Positions 28,967 through 39,224 are shown, numbered from the stretch's first letter. The stretch is 64,000 nucleotides of DNA from an uncultured Lachnospiraceae bacterium (GCA_964413365.1 CAYPRM010000004.1:925-64924), one strand, 5' to 3'. Made by a program: numbers and translations. Notes: generated by a model not told the origin, from the letters alone.

Positions 28967-29476
28967 ATGAACGGAGAAGTCAAGAAAAAGGGCAAATTCA
29001 ATGCCATAGATGCGTTTATAATCCTGCTTGTGATCGCCTGCATACTCAGCGTGGTATACAGATATCTCACGCTCGAGGAGATCTCGGTCGATGCAACACT
29101 CAAGGAGTACGTTATCCACTTCAAGGTGGGTGAGGTGAGCGGAACGTCCCTCAAGTATTTCAAGGCGGGGGACACATTCAGGATCAAGTCGAGCGAGATG
29201 CGGCTCGGCACGCTCGACGGAATACAACAGCACGTTCCTGCCGTCGGTGCGTACAACAAGAACGGTGCGAAGATATACTACCCCCAGCTTGAGGATGAAA
29301 CGATATACAACACCTCCTACTATTCCGCAGTAGGATACGTTACGGTGAAGGGCAAGATGACCGACGAGGGCTTTTTGCTCAACGGTAGCCTCTACCTCAC
29401 CGCAAATGACGAGCTTCAGGTCGTATCGGAGCATATTGAAACTACCATAAAGGTAGTAAGCATAACTGAAAAATAA
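28967..29476 (+). CDS. DUF4330-like protein, copy 2 (tandem paralog)
   Basis: It has KKGKFNAIDAFIILLVIACILSVVY. The architecture matches the preceding gene. Confidence 0.5.
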   Translation: MNGEVKKKGKFNAIDAFIILLVIACILSVVYRYLTLEEISVDATLKEYVIHFKVGEVSGTSLKYFKAGDTFRIKSSEMRLGTLDGIQQHVPAVGAYNKNGAKIYYPQLEDETIYNTSYYSAVGYVTVKGKMTDEGFLLNGSLYLTANDELQVVSEHIETTIKVVSITEK

Positions 29477-29482
29477 CCATAA

Positions 29483-29513
29483 TAAAAACCATACCCGAGG
29501 GTATGGTTTTTGT
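29483..29513. terminator. Bidirectional intrinsic terminator
   Basis: The hairpin is aaccataccc-gag-ggtatggtt with an A-run and a T-run. Confidence 0.75.
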
Positions 29514-30284
29514 TTATTTGGAGCTTCCGCTTCGACGTGGCAGGGCGTCCTCGTCAAGTCCGAGCCTTGCTCTGCGGCGTGCGGAGGCGTGATTGACGGT
29601 ATAGAGCGCGGCGAACAGTGCGCAGACGAGCAGGGCGAGGGCTATGTAGTACGCCGTCAGCAGGCCGTCGGTCAGGGCTATCGTGGGCGAGAGGCGGTAG
29701 AGTATCGTGCCGTCCGTTATCTGTATTATGATCGGTTTTCCCTTGAGAGCCGAGTAGTCGGTGTGCAGGTGTATCATCCATGAGTAGCCGATGAGCAGGC
29801 CGATGCCTATGACGCTCTGATAGCAGTCGCGCAGGCGGAATTTCCTTGCGTTTACGAGCATCAACATTCCCCCGAGATAGAGCAGGCTGTGATTTACGAT
29901 AGCCATTACCAAAAGGTATGTGACGTTTCCCCCGGGGAGGAAGGAATCGGGGAGAACCCAGAATGCCACGTGGTACATCGTTCCTGCGAGTATTGCCGCA
30001 AAGACCGCAAAGGTATCAGCCTGTCTGATCCGAAACACTATGAATATACCGAACAGAAAATAGCTCACGGCGGAGAATTCCACGGGGAAATTCATATGAT
30101 CGCCGATGATCTGCCAGCGTATATTCTCGCCCGTTTTATATATGAGCAGCAGAAGTGCTATGGTATATGCGATGGCGTAGCTCAGCCTTGGCTTATTGCG
30201 CAGTAAGAAGACTATTAGGTTAAGAGTGATGAACAGCAGGAGCATGAGCACTGCCGCCCACCAATATTCATTGCCTCCGAACAT
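29514..30284 (-). CDS. Polytopic membrane protein, function unknown (possibly YwaF/TIGR02206-like)
   Basis: It has about 7 TM spans. The start was moved to the ATG at 30284, which follows GGAGGAAAAT. Confidence 0.5.
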   Translation of the reverse strand: MFGGNEYWWAAVLMLLLFITLNLIVFLLRNKPRLSYAIAYTIALLLLIYKTGENIRWQIIGDHMNFPVEFSAVSYFLFGIFIVFRIRQADTFAVFAAILAGTMYHVAFWVLPDSFLPGGNVTYLLVMAIVNHSLLYLGGMLMLVNARKFRLRDCYQSVIGIGLLIGYSWMIHLHTDYSALKGKPIIIQITDGTILYRLSPTIALTDGLLTAYYIALALLVCALFAALYTVNHASARRRARLGLDEDALPRRSGSSK

Positions 30285-30561
30285 ATTTTCCTCCATTGAC
30301 ATTTGCATTAGGATAAGCGTATTATAATACAAAATTGTTAAATAAATATTAACACGTGCTAAATATATCACAAAAGCTCTCACTAAGTCGAAGGATGGCA
30401 TATAATGACAGTAAGAAATGCGGCGGATATTTACCGTCCGTCGGTGCTCAAAAAATGAAAAATAACGCTCATTGTGTCGCATTTTCCGAAAAAATGTGCA
30501 AAATTGTTAAAAAAATCGTCTAAAAATCAAAAAGTTTATGCAAGTAAACGAATACTTTTGC

Positions 30562-30590
30562 TTGATTTTATCCTTCTATCTTGCTATAAT
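30562..30590 (+). promoter_or_regulatory. Sigma-A type promoter for ptsH
   Basis: It reads TTGATT-N17-TATAAT. Confidence 0.55.
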
Positions 30591-30653
30591 ATACTTATAG
30601 AATTATGCAACTTTAACAGTTGATTTGAGTAGATTAAATTAGGAGCGTTATTT

Positions 30654-30926
30654 ATGATCACTAAAGAGGTAAAGATTTTGAATGCAATAGGACTTCACGC
30701 AAGGCCTGCGACCTTCTTTATCCAGAAGGCGAACACCTATCCCTGTGCAATATGGGTTAAAAAGGACGATCGCACAGTCAATGCAAAAAGCCTCTTGGGA
30801 GTTCTTTCCTTGGGTATAGCTAAGGGCATGACCATCGTTCTTGAGGCTGACGGTCAGGACGAGGGACAGGCAATAGAGGGGCTTTGCGAGCTCATCGACA
30901 GTGGCTTTGACGAGCAGGGGCTCTGA
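30654..30926 (+). CDS. ptsH: HPr-family phosphocarrier protein
   Basis: His15 sits in GLHARPA and Ser46 sits in NAKSLLGV. The length is 90 aa. Confidence 0.85.
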   Translation: MITKEVKILNAIGLHARPATFFIQKANTYPCAIWVKKDDRTVNAKSLLGVLSLGIAKGMTIVLEADGQDEGQAIEGLCELIDSGFDEQGL

Positions 30927-30949
30927 GGCTGAGTTAATCAAAGATTTTG

Positions 30950-30978
30950 GGGGCTGTGCTGTGTACAGCCCCTGTTTA
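30950..30978 (+). terminator. Probable terminator of ptsH
   Basis: The hairpin is ggggctgt...acagcccc followed by tgttt. Confidence 0.5.
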
Positions 30979-31031
30979 CTCTATGCCGATACGGCAAGGG
31001 CAAGAATTTTCAGAGAGGGGTAGGATAGAAT

Positions 31032-32852
31032 ATGGCAACGAGAGCAGAGCTGCTTGAGAGAGCAAACGGACTTCCGCTCCGCCCTGGCGTATACATTATG
31101 CGCGATAGGTCGGGGAGAGTCATATATGTCGGGAAGTCGGCAAAGCTGAAGAATCGCGTTTCGCAATATTTCCAGAACAGCGAGAAAAATCTCAAGACCG
31201 AGAAGATGGTCGCGTCCGTATTCGAGTTTGACTATATTCTCTGTGATACGGAGATGGAGGCGCTCTCGCTCGAAAATTCCTTAATAAAGCAATACACCCC
31301 GAGATACAATATAAGGCTGAAGGACTCCAAGACCTATCCGTACATCAAGATCACGGATGGCGAGTATCCACGCATCGTTATGACGAGAAAGCGTCTTGCG
31401 GACAAGGCTAAATACTACGGTCCGTTCTCGTCGGCAGGCACGGCGTACGAGATAATGGCGCTTCTGAGCAAGACTCTCGGTCTACCCACCTGCAAGCTGA
31501 AATTTCCGCGTGATATCGGACGGGGCAGGGAGTGCCTTTACTATCAGATGAAGCAATGCTGCGGCGTCTGCATGGGGCACGTGAGTGCGGAGGAATACCG
31601 TGCGCTGATATCCTGTGCCGCGGACATTTTGCGTGGCAACACCAAAGAGGCGACTGCCACACTCGAGAGGCAGATGTACGAATATTCCGAGGCGGAGCGA
31701 TACGAGGCGGCGATGAAGTGCCGCGACACGATACGCGCGCTCGAGAGGATAAAGGAGAGGCAGAAGGTCGTGGACTCGCCCGATGCGGAATACGACGTTG
31801 TTGCGCTCCACAGTGAGGAGCTATGCTCGTGCCTTTCGGTATATTCCGTGCGTGCGGGAATACTCGGCTCGAAGAACGATTACCTTTTCGGTGCGGACAA
31901 GATACTTGATCCTGCGGCGATCACGGCATTTCTTGTTGAGTATTACACGAACACGGACATAGTGCCTAAAAAGCTCGTGCTTGATGCGAGCGTGGAGGTC
32001 GAGGAGGAGCTGCTCTCCGACTTTCTGACACAGAGAAGGGGCAGCAGGGTGAGTATCTGGACGCCCAAGCGCACGGAGATGAAGAAGCTGTGCGAGATGG
32101 TGCTCGCAAACGCCAAGGATAGGGCGCAGGTCTATGTCAAGGAGAGCGAGAAGGACGATTCCACTCTGCAAAGGCTCGCACAGCTCCTTGAGCTTGAGCT
32201 GATACCCGAGAGGATAGAGGCATACGATATATCGAATATAGGCTCGGAGCACAAGACGGGCGGAATGGTCGTTTACGTTGGCGGAAAACCGCAAAAGAGC
32301 GATTACAGGAGCTTTAATATAAGGGATGTTGAGGGCACTGATGACTATGCGTGTATGCGTGAAACGCTCCGCCGCAGGCTCTCCCACCTCGGAGATGCGC
32401 AGGGCTCGATGGGCGAATATCCCGATCTGATACTGCTCGACGGCGGACGGACGCACGTCGCGACCGTGTTGACGGTGCTTGATGAGATGGGGCTTGATAT
32501 CCCCGTTTTCGGTATGGTCAAGGACGATTTTCACAAGACACGCGCGCTCTGCACGGCGGATGCTGAGATAAGCATTGCACGTGAGCAGGCGGTGTACGGA
32601 ATGATATACAGAATACAGGAGGAGGTACACAGGTACACCGTTTCACGAATGAGCACGGCAAAATCCAAGACTGTAAGGACCTCCTCGCTCGAAAAAATAA
32701 AGGGCATAGGCTCTGCCAAGGCAAAGAAGCTGCTGACGCATTTCGGCACGCTCAGCGCAATAAGAGAGGCGAGCGTGGAGCAGCTTTCTGCGGTGCGTGG
32801 CATCACGGAAGCGGACGCGGAGAGCATCTATGCATATTATCACAAGGGGTAG
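31032..32852 (+). CDS. uvrC: Excinuclease ABC subunit C
   Basis: It has the GIY-YIG N-terminus (GVYIMRDRSGRVIYVGKSAKLKNRV), a UVR domain and a C-terminal HhH. Confidence 0.95.
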   Translation: MATRAELLERANGLPLRPGVYIMRDRSGRVIYVGKSAKLKNRVSQYFQNSEKNLKTEKMVASVFEFDYILCDTEMEALSLENSLIKQYTPRYNIRLKDSKTYPYIKITDGEYPRIVMTRKRLADKAKYYGPFSSAGTAYEIMALLSKTLGLPTCKLKFPRDIGRGRECLYYQMKQCCGVCMGHVSAEEYRALISCAADILRGNTKEATATLERQMYEYSEAERYEAAMKCRDTIRALERIKERQKVVDSPDAEYDVVALHSEELCSCLSVYSVRAGILGSKNDYLFGADKILDPAAITAFLVEYYTNTDIVPKKLVLDASVEVEEELLSDFLTQRRGSRVSIWTPKRTEMKKLCEMVLANAKDRAQVYVKESEKDDSTLQRLAQLLELELIPERIEAYDISNIGSEHKTGGMVVYVGGKPQKSDYRSFNIRDVEGTDDYACMRETLRRRLSHLGDAQGSMGEYPDLILLDGGRTHVATVLTVLDEMGLDIPVFGMVKDDFHKTRALCTADAEISIAREQAVYGMIYRIQEEVHRYTVSRMSTAKSKTVRTSSLEKIKGIGSAKAKKLLTHFGTLSAIREASVEQLSAVRGITEADAESIYAYYHKG

Positions 32853-32861
32853 GTAAGGAAT

Positions 32862-33422
32862 ATGAGGATAATCACGGGAAGCGCAAGGGGGGCAAGACTG
32901 ACGACGCCCGAGGGTGAGCATACCCGTCCGACGAGTGAGCGTGCGAAGGAGGCTCTCTTTTCCTCGCTCGGATACAGTATTTCGGGCGGAAGAGTGCTTG
33001 ATCTCTTTGCAGGCTCGGGACAGCTCGGGCTTGAGGCGGCGAGCAGGGGCGCGCGCTCCGTTGTGCTCGTTGACAACGACGTTTCCGCTGTTGCGGCGAT
33101 TCGGGCGAACGTAAAAAAGTGCAGGCTTGAGGACAGATGCACCGTCGTGCGCTCGGACTCACTTGCGTATCTTGACGGGTGCTCGGGGGAGAGTTTCGAT
33201 CTCGTCCTTCTCGATCCGCCCTACGCGACCGCCCTTATAGACACAGCACTCACACGCCTTCTCGACCGTGGGCTTCTCGCACCAAGCTCTATTGTGGTCT
33301 GCGAGAGCGACAGAGAGGACATACTCTCCGAGAAAAATGCGGAGAGGCTTGATACTGTCAGGCTGATGAAGCACGGCGTTGCGAGGATAAGTATTCTGAG
33401 AGTTAAGGAGATATATAAATGA
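32862..33422 (+). CDS. rsmD: 16S rRNA (guanine966-N2)-methyltransferase
   Basis: It has MRIITGSARG..TRPTSERAKEALFS, DLFAGSGQLGLEA and DPPY. Confidence 0.9.
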   Translation: MRIITGSARGARLTTPEGEHTRPTSERAKEALFSSLGYSISGGRVLDLFAGSGQLGLEAASRGARSVVLVDNDVSAVAAIRANVKKCRLEDRCTVVRSDSLAYLDGCSGESFDLVLLDPPYATALIDTALTRLLDRGLLAPSSIVVCESDREDILSEKNAERLDTVRLMKHGVARISILRVKEIYK

Positions 33423-33904
33423 AGATAGCAATAGTACCCGGAAGCTTTGATCCGATGACGCTCGGGCATGTGAACATTGTCGAGCGTGCGGCGAGGCTCT
33501 TTGACAAGGTATATGTGGCAGTTATGATAAACGACAGCAAGAGCTACACCTTCTCACCCACGGAGCGCACCGAGATAGCGAGAGCGTCCTGCGCTCACAT
33601 TCCGAACGTGGAGGTCATATTCGACGCAGGAATGCTCGCAGAGCTTGCAGGAAGGCTTGATGCGTGTGCGATAGTGAAGGGAATAAGGGACGAGAACGAT
33701 TACAGGTACGAGTTTGAGATGGCGCAGTTCAACGCAAGGGGCTGTCCCACCACGCAGACCGTTTTCCTCCCCTGCGACGAGGGTGCGAGGGAGATAAGCT
33801 CCACCGCCGTCCGCAGAAGGCTGAGCAGAGGCGAGGACGTTTCCGACGTTATGTCGGAGAGGGCTATGCCGCTCGTTCTGAAATATATAAAGGAAAAGGC
33901 ATAG
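33419..33904 (+). CDS. coaD: Pantetheine-phosphate adenylyltransferase
   Basis: It has IAIVPGSFDPMTLGHVNIVERA and ISSTAVR. Confidence 0.95.
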   Translation: MKIAIVPGSFDPMTLGHVNIVERAARLFDKVYVAVMINDSKSYTFSPTERTEIARASCAHIPNVEVIFDAGMLAELAGRLDACAIVKGIRDENDYRYEFEMAQFNARGCPTTQTVFLPCDEGAREISSTAVRRRLSRGEDVSDVMSERAMPLVLKYIKEKA

Positions 33905-33985
33905 GGATCTTACGATATTCCGTGCGCGTTCTAAATGCGAATGCTCGCTCATATATTTAACCGAAGATAAATCTGGAGGTTGTAT

Positions 33986-35464
33986 ATGAGCGAGCATACT
34001 ATTTACAGGGATATCGCCGAGCGAACGGGCGGAGATATCTATATCGGCGTGGTAGGGCCTGTGCGAAGCGGCAAATCCACGTTCATAAAGCGTTTTATGG
34101 AGACGGTGATACTTCCGAACATCGAAGAGGGCTACGACAGGGAGCGTGCGCGAGACGAGCTTCCGCAGAGCGCAGGCGGCAGGACGGTGATGACCACCGA
34201 GCCGAAATTTATTCCCGACAGCGCCGTCCCCGTCGAGATGGGCGAGGGTGAGCGGATGCGTGTCAAGATGATCGACTGCGTGGGCTACATGATACCCGAC
34301 GCGATGGGCACGCTCGAGGACGGGCAGGTGCGAATGGTCAGGACGCCGTGGCAGAGCGAGCCGATGCCGTTCTCCGATGCGGCGGAGCTGGGCACGCGAA
34401 AGGTGATAAACGAGCACTCCACCATTGGAATGCTCATAACGAGCGACGGCACGGTCGGCGACATACCCCGTCAGAGCTATGTTGAGGCGGAGGAGAGGGT
34501 GGTTCACGAGCTGAGAGCGATAGGCAAGCCATTCGCGCTTATACTCAATTCCGCGAGTCCCACATCGCCGCGCTCGATAGCCCTCGGGGAGGAGCTTGAG
34601 GAAAAATACGGCGCACCCGTGGCTCTCGTGAACTGTCTTGAGCTTGATGCGGAGGACATAAAGCACATTCTCTCGATGGTGCTCTCCGAATTTCCCGTAA
34701 CGGAGATAAGGCTACGTCTGCCCGAGTGGATGCAGGCACTCGATGCGGAGCATCCGATCAGGAGATCCCTCCACGACGCCACCTGCAGGTGTGCGCAGAC
34801 GGTGGGCAGAGTTGGGAGCATCAAGGACGCCTTCACGCCGATGGAGGGCAACGAGTACGTGGAGGGGCTGACCTTTGACGACATTGATTACGGGAGCGGA
34901 CGTGTTAGGATCAGCGTAAGAAGCCCGCGCGAGCTGTATTTCAGGACTGTCAGCGAGCTTACGGGCTTCGACATCACGCGTGAGGAGCAGCTCGTGCGCA
35001 TGCTTCGCGAATATTCCGAGAAGCGGAGTGAGTACGGGCGAATTTCCGAGGCTCTTGCAGACGCGGAGGAGAAGGGGTACGGGATAATAATGCCCGATGT
35101 GAGCAAGCTCCACTTAGAGGAGCCTGAGATAGTCAAGCGTCCCGGGGGCTACGGCGTAAGACTGCGCGCAGGGGCGGAGTCCATACACCTCATACGTGCG
35201 AACATTGAAACGGAGATCAGTCCGACGGTCGGAAGCGAGGCACAGAGCGAGGATCTTGTGAAATATATGCTTGAGGAATTTGAGGAGGATCCTCGCAGGA
35301 TCTGGGAGTCGAACATCTTTGGCAAGACGCTGTATGAGCTTATCAATGAGGGATTACACACAAAGCTTGAGCACATTCCCGACGACTCGCGAAAAAAGCT
35401 CTCCGAAACGCTGGAGCGCATAATAAATGAAGGCTCGAGCGGGCTTATCTGCATAATACTGTAA
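33986..35464 (+). CDS. spoIVA: Stage IV sporulation protein A (spore-coat morphogenetic ATPase)
   Basis: It has IYRDIAERTGGDIYIGVVGPVRSGKSTFIKRFME. The length is 492 aa. Confidence 0.95.
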   Translation: MSEHTIYRDIAERTGGDIYIGVVGPVRSGKSTFIKRFMETVILPNIEEGYDRERARDELPQSAGGRTVMTTEPKFIPDSAVPVEMGEGERMRVKMIDCVGYMIPDAMGTLEDGQVRMVRTPWQSEPMPFSDAAELGTRKVINEHSTIGMLITSDGTVGDIPRQSYVEAEERVVHELRAIGKPFALILNSASPTSPRSIALGEELEEKYGAPVALVNCLELDAEDIKHILSMVLSEFPVTEIRLRLPEWMQALDAEHPIRRSLHDATCRCAQTVGRVGSIKDAFTPMEGNEYVEGLTFDDIDYGSGRVRISVRSPRELYFRTVSELTGFDITREEQLVRMLREYSEKRSEYGRISEALADAEEKGYGIIMPDVSKLHLEEPEIVKRPGGYGVRLRAGAESIHLIRANIETEISPTVGSEAQSEDLVKYMLEEFEEDPRRIWESNIFGKTLYELINEGLHTKLEHIPDDSRKKLSETLERIINEGSSGLICIIL

Positions 35465-35505
35465 CCATTCAAAAAATATTAAAATATTAAATTGTGTCAA
35501 AGCTA

Positions 35506-35534
35506 TTGACAAAATGGCGATTTTGATATAGAAT
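35506..35534 (+). promoter_or_regulatory. Sigma-A type promoter
   Basis: It reads TTGACA-N17-TAGAAT and is followed by a ~100-nt hairpin-rich 5' UTR. Confidence 0.5.
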
Positions 35535-35634
35535 GGTATGGAATAAAAAATCTATGCGTGCGATGCGACCTCGGATTTTGATCCAAGGTCGCATTATCTA
35601 TGCCCGAAGATAGAGATAAAGGAGATCTTTTGCT

Positions 35635-37008
35635 ATGAGATACGATGTTATAATAATAGGCGCAGGCCCCGGGGGTATTTTTACCGCATACGAGCTTGTG
35701 AAAAAGGGAAACGGGAGCCTGAGGATTGGCGTATTTGAGGAGGGCAACGAGCTGAATCGCCGCCACTGCCCCATTGACGGCAAAAGGGTAAAGACCTGCA
35801 TCGGCTGCAAGACCTGCTCGATAATGAGCGGATTTGGAGGTGCGGGGGCATTTTCGGATGGAAAATACAATATCACAAACAGCTTTGGCGGCACGCTCCA
35901 CGAGCACATCGGCAGGGCGCGCGCTCTCGAGCTTATGCACTACGTTGACGAGATAAATATGTCCCACGGCGGAGAGGGAACGAAGCTTTATACCACGGCA
36001 AATTCGAGATTTAAGAAGCTTTGCCTTGAGAACAAGCTCTACCTTCTTGATGCGTCCGTCCGCCATCTCGGAACGGATATCAACTATGTCGTGCTTGAAA
36101 ATATATACGCAGAGCTTCGCGACAAGGTGGATTTCCACTTCAACACCCCCGTCGGCGACATTGAGATCATTGACGGCGGCTATCGCATCCACACGCCGAG
36201 CGGAGACCACGAGTGCGAGAGATGCGTCGTGTCGGTCGGACGTGTCGGCTCAAAGTGGGTGGAGGGCATCTGCAACGAGCTTGGGCTTGAGAAAAAGTCC
36301 AACAGAGTCGACCTCGGCGTTCGTGTTGAGCTTCCTGCGGTGGTATTTTCACATCTGACGGACGAGCTCTACGAGAGCAAGATCGTTTACAGGACGGAGA
36401 AATTCGAGGACAATGTTCGCACCTTCTGCATGAACCCAAAGGGCATGGTCGTAAACGAGAACACCAACGGTATCGTTACCGTCAACGGTCATTCCTATGA
36501 GGATCCTGCTCTCCAGACGGAGAACACGAATTTCGCCCTGCTCGTATCCAAGCATTTTTCCGAGCCGTTTGAGGACTCCAACGGCTACGGCGAGAGCATC
36601 GCAAGGCTCTCGAATATGCTCGGCGGCGGCGTCATCGTTCAGAGATTTGGCGACCTTATCCGCGGCAGACGCAGTACCGTCAAGCGCATTGAGGAGAGCA
36701 CTGTCGTGCCCACGCTCGCGGCAACGCCGGGCGACCTCTCCCTCGTCCTGCCAAAGAGGATACTTGATGGAATAATCGAGATGATCTACGCTCTTGACAA
36801 GATCGCCCCCGGAACTGCAAACGACGACACGCTCCTTTACGGCGTGGAGGTCAAATTCTACAATATGGAGGTCGCCGTCAACGAGGATCTGGAGACGGTG
36901 CACAGGGGACTTTATATGATAGGAGACGGAAGCGGAATAACCCACTCGCTCTCCCATGCATCCGCAAGCGGCGTGCATGTTGCAAGAAGGATACTCGGCA
37001 CAGACTGA
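35635..37008 (+). CDS. COG2509-type FAD-dependent protein
   Basis: It has the N-terminal Rossmann motif YDVIIIGAGPGGIFTAYEL and the C-terminal motif GDGSGITHSLSHASASG. Confidence 0.8.
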   Translation: MRYDVIIIGAGPGGIFTAYELVKKGNGSLRIGVFEEGNELNRRHCPIDGKRVKTCIGCKTCSIMSGFGGAGAFSDGKYNITNSFGGTLHEHIGRARALELMHYVDEINMSHGGEGTKLYTTANSRFKKLCLENKLYLLDASVRHLGTDINYVVLENIYAELRDKVDFHFNTPVGDIEIIDGGYRIHTPSGDHECERCVVSVGRVGSKWVEGICNELGLEKKSNRVDLGVRVELPAVVFSHLTDELYESKIVYRTEKFEDNVRTFCMNPKGMVVNENTNGIVTVNGHSYEDPALQTENTNFALLVSKHFSEPFEDSNGYGESIARLSNMLGGGVIVQRFGDLIRGRRSTVKRIEESTVVPTLAATPGDLSLVLPKRILDGIIEMIYALDKIAPGTANDDTLLYGVEVKFYNMEVAVNEDLETVHRGLYMIGDGSGITHSLSHASASGVHVARRILGTD

Positions 37009-37053
37009 CGGACGGTGGATGGGATGCAAAGGCGCGAAAAATGCCGAAAATCC

Positions 37054-37082
37054 TTGATTTTTGCTCCTATCTGTGCTACAAT
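37054..37082 (+). promoter_or_regulatory. Sigma-A type promoter
   Basis: It reads TTGATT-N17-TACAAT. Confidence 0.5.
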
Positions 37083-37101
37083 AGAGAAAAATAAGTTTGA
37101 A

Positions 37102-37818
37102 ATGGAAGCTGTAATGAAAAAACGTATTGGAAAGGTCGGAGAGCTTGCGTGGATCGTGGGAAACGTCATCTGCGCCTTCGGAAATTGCCTTATATCAAGG
37201 AGCGGACTCGGTGTTTCGTCGATAATCGGCCCTGCCTTCGTGCTCAGTGATCATCTGAGGTCGCTGAACAGTATATTTACTGTCGGTATGTGTGAGTATA
37301 TGATACAGGGGCTCCTGCTCGCGGTCTGCTGTCTGCTCATCGGCAGATTTAAGCCGAAATTTATATTCACCGTCTGCAACATTCTCTTTTATGGTGCGTG
37401 CTTCGATATCGTGGACGTGATCCTTGCAGGCGTCGTGCCGAGTGGGATCTGGGAGCAGATCGGTGTGGCGGCGCTCGGAACGCTCATTGCGGGCTTTGCG
37501 GTGGCGATAATGCTCCGCACGTACATACCGCCGTCAGCGTACGAGATCTTCGTTAAGGAGGTCGCTATTGCAAAAAGGCTCGATATGGGCAGGATGAAGC
37601 TCATCTTCGATGCATCGATGCTCATCATCGCTGTCGTTATGATGCTCGTGCTCATCGGCGAGTGGAGATGGGATCTTATCGGAGCTTACACGCTCATAAA
37701 TGCGGTGATAAATTCCGTGGTCGTTGCGTTCTTCGGGAAGCTTATTGATAAGGTGTTCGATTTCACGCCCGCCTTGCCGAGGCTGTATAATTGGCTTGAG
37801 TCAAATTCGGATAAATAG
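37102..37818 (+). CDS. Polytopic membrane protein (YczE/DUF6198-like?), function unknown
   Basis: It has about 6 TM spans. The start is the ATG at 37102 or 37114, just downstream of the promoter. The track start at 37015 lies upstream of the promoter. Confidence 0.55.
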   Translation: MEAVMKKRIGKVGELAWIVGNVICAFGNCLISRSGLGVSSIIGPAFVLSDHLRSLNSIFTVGMCEYMIQGLLLAVCCLLIGRFKPKFIFTVCNILFYGACFDIVDVILAGVVPSGIWEQIGVAALGTLIAGFAVAIMLRTYIPPSAYEIFVKEVAIAKRLDMGRMKLIFDASMLIIAVVMMLVLIGEWRWDLIGAYTLINAVINSVVVAFFGKLIDKVFDFTPALPRLYNWLESNSDK

Positions 37819-37904
37819 TATTTTTTACTTAAATATCGCACATAATAGTGTTAGCTCTTATGTGCGATATTTTTATTTTACTGAATTTGAGGTGAGGATA
37901 AGCT

Positions 37905-39224
37905 ATGACAAATAAACCAAGGATATGCAGATGCTGTGCAAGGGAGATACTTGACAGCAGGGGAAATCCCACGCTCGAGGCGACGGTGGTGCTCGACGAC
38001 GGCACGGTCGGAGTTGCCTCCGCTCCATCGGGCGCGTCCGTTGGCTCAAATGAGGCTCACGAGCTTCGAGATGCGGACAGGGGCAGATATCACGGGCTTG
38101 GCGTGCTGGATGCGGTATCGAACGTCTGCCGCGTTATTTCGCCCGAGCTCGTCGGAATGTGTGCGACGGAGCAGTACGAGATAGATAGGGTGCTCTGCGA
38201 GCTTGACGGCACGGAGGACAAGGGGGTGCTCGGTGCTAATGCGATCCTTGCGGTCTCTCTTGCCTGCGCGCGTGCCTCGGCTAATTATTACCGCACGCCG
38301 ATATACAAATACCTCGGCGGTATCGACACTTACCGTATGCCCGTGCCGATGCTCAACGTTCTCGGCGGCGGTGCACATTCGTCGAACAGTCTCGATATAC
38401 AGGAGTATATGCTCGTGCCCGTGGGCGCTCGGAGCTTTGCGGACGCGTTGAGAATGGGGAGCGAGATATATCACAATCTCGGAAATATATTAAAGGAGCG
38501 TGGGCTATGCGCCTCTGTCGGAGATGAGGGAGCGTATGCGCCCGATCTTGACGGCGAGGAGCAGGCACTCGGGCTTATCGTGGAGGCGATAGAGCGCAGC
38601 ACCTATTCGACCTCCGACGTAAAGATAGCACTTGATGCGGCGAGCAGCGCGTGGTATTCCTCGGAGAGCGGGGAATACACGACGCTCAAGGGGAAAAGGC
38701 ATTTTACGCACGAGGGGCTGATAGAATATTATGCTCACCTTGCGGATAGCTACCCCATCTGCTCGATAGAGGACGGGCTTGCCGAGGGGGATCTTGAGGG
38801 CTGGCAGATGCTTACTGAGAGGCTCGGCGGCAAAATGATGCTCGTCGGGGACGATCTCTTTGTTACCGACTCCGCACGGCTCTGCGACGGGGCGGAGATG
38901 GGAATTGCCAATGCGATACTCATAAAGCCAAATCAGATAGGCACACTCAGCGAGACGATGCGGACGGTGCGAGCGGCGCGCGATGTGGGGTACAGCTATA
39001 TCCTCTCCCACCGCTCGGGCGAGACGGAGGACACCACCGTCTGCGATATCGCCGTCGCACTCTCCGCACCCTTCGTCAAGCTCGGTGCGCCCTGCCGCGG
39101 AGAGAGGATCGCAAAGTACAATCGCCTCCTGCGTATCGAGGGATCGGCGCACGGGGAGCTGGAATATGGCACGGGAGCACCGTACAGACTCATAAAAAAC
39201 GGCGAAAATACACGATTTAACTAA
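37905..39224 (+). CDS. eno: Enolase (phosphopyruvate hydratase), divergent
   Basis: It has AREILDSRGNPTLEA, GDEGAYAP, SIEDGL, VGDDLFVT, LIKPNQIGTLSET and SHRSGETEDT. A GAGGTGAGG RBS is present. Confidence 0.9.
   Translation: MTNKPRICRCCAREILDSRGNPTLEATVVLDDGTVGVASAPSGASVGSNEAHELRDADRGRYHGLGVLDAVSNVCRVISPELVGMCATEQYEIDRVLCELDGTEDKGVLGANAILAVSLACARASANYYRTPIYKYLGGIDTYRMPVPMLNVLGGGAHSSNSLDIQEYMLVPVGARSFADALRMGSEIYHNLGNILKERGLCASVGDEGAYAPDLDGEEQALGLIVEAIERSTYSTSDVKIALDAASSAWYSSESGEYTTLKGKRHFTHEGLIEYYAHLADSYPICSIEDGLAEGDLEGWQMLTERLGGKMMLVGDDLFVTDSARLCDGAEMGIANAILIKPNQIGTLSETMRTVRAARDVGYSYILSHRSGETEDTTVCDIAVALSAPFVKLGAPCRGERIAKYNRLLRIEGSAHGELEYGTGAPYRLIKNGENTRFN

Noticed and set aside
30395-30523. 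42-aa Cys-containing ORF in the spacer upstream of ptsH
   Set aside because: It has no spaced Shine-Dalgarno sequence and an AT-rich low-complexity sequence, and I see no evidence of conservation.
33554-34666. 370-aa minus-strand ORF
   Set aside because: It is antisense to spoIVA and has an Arg/His-rich composition typical of reverse frames.
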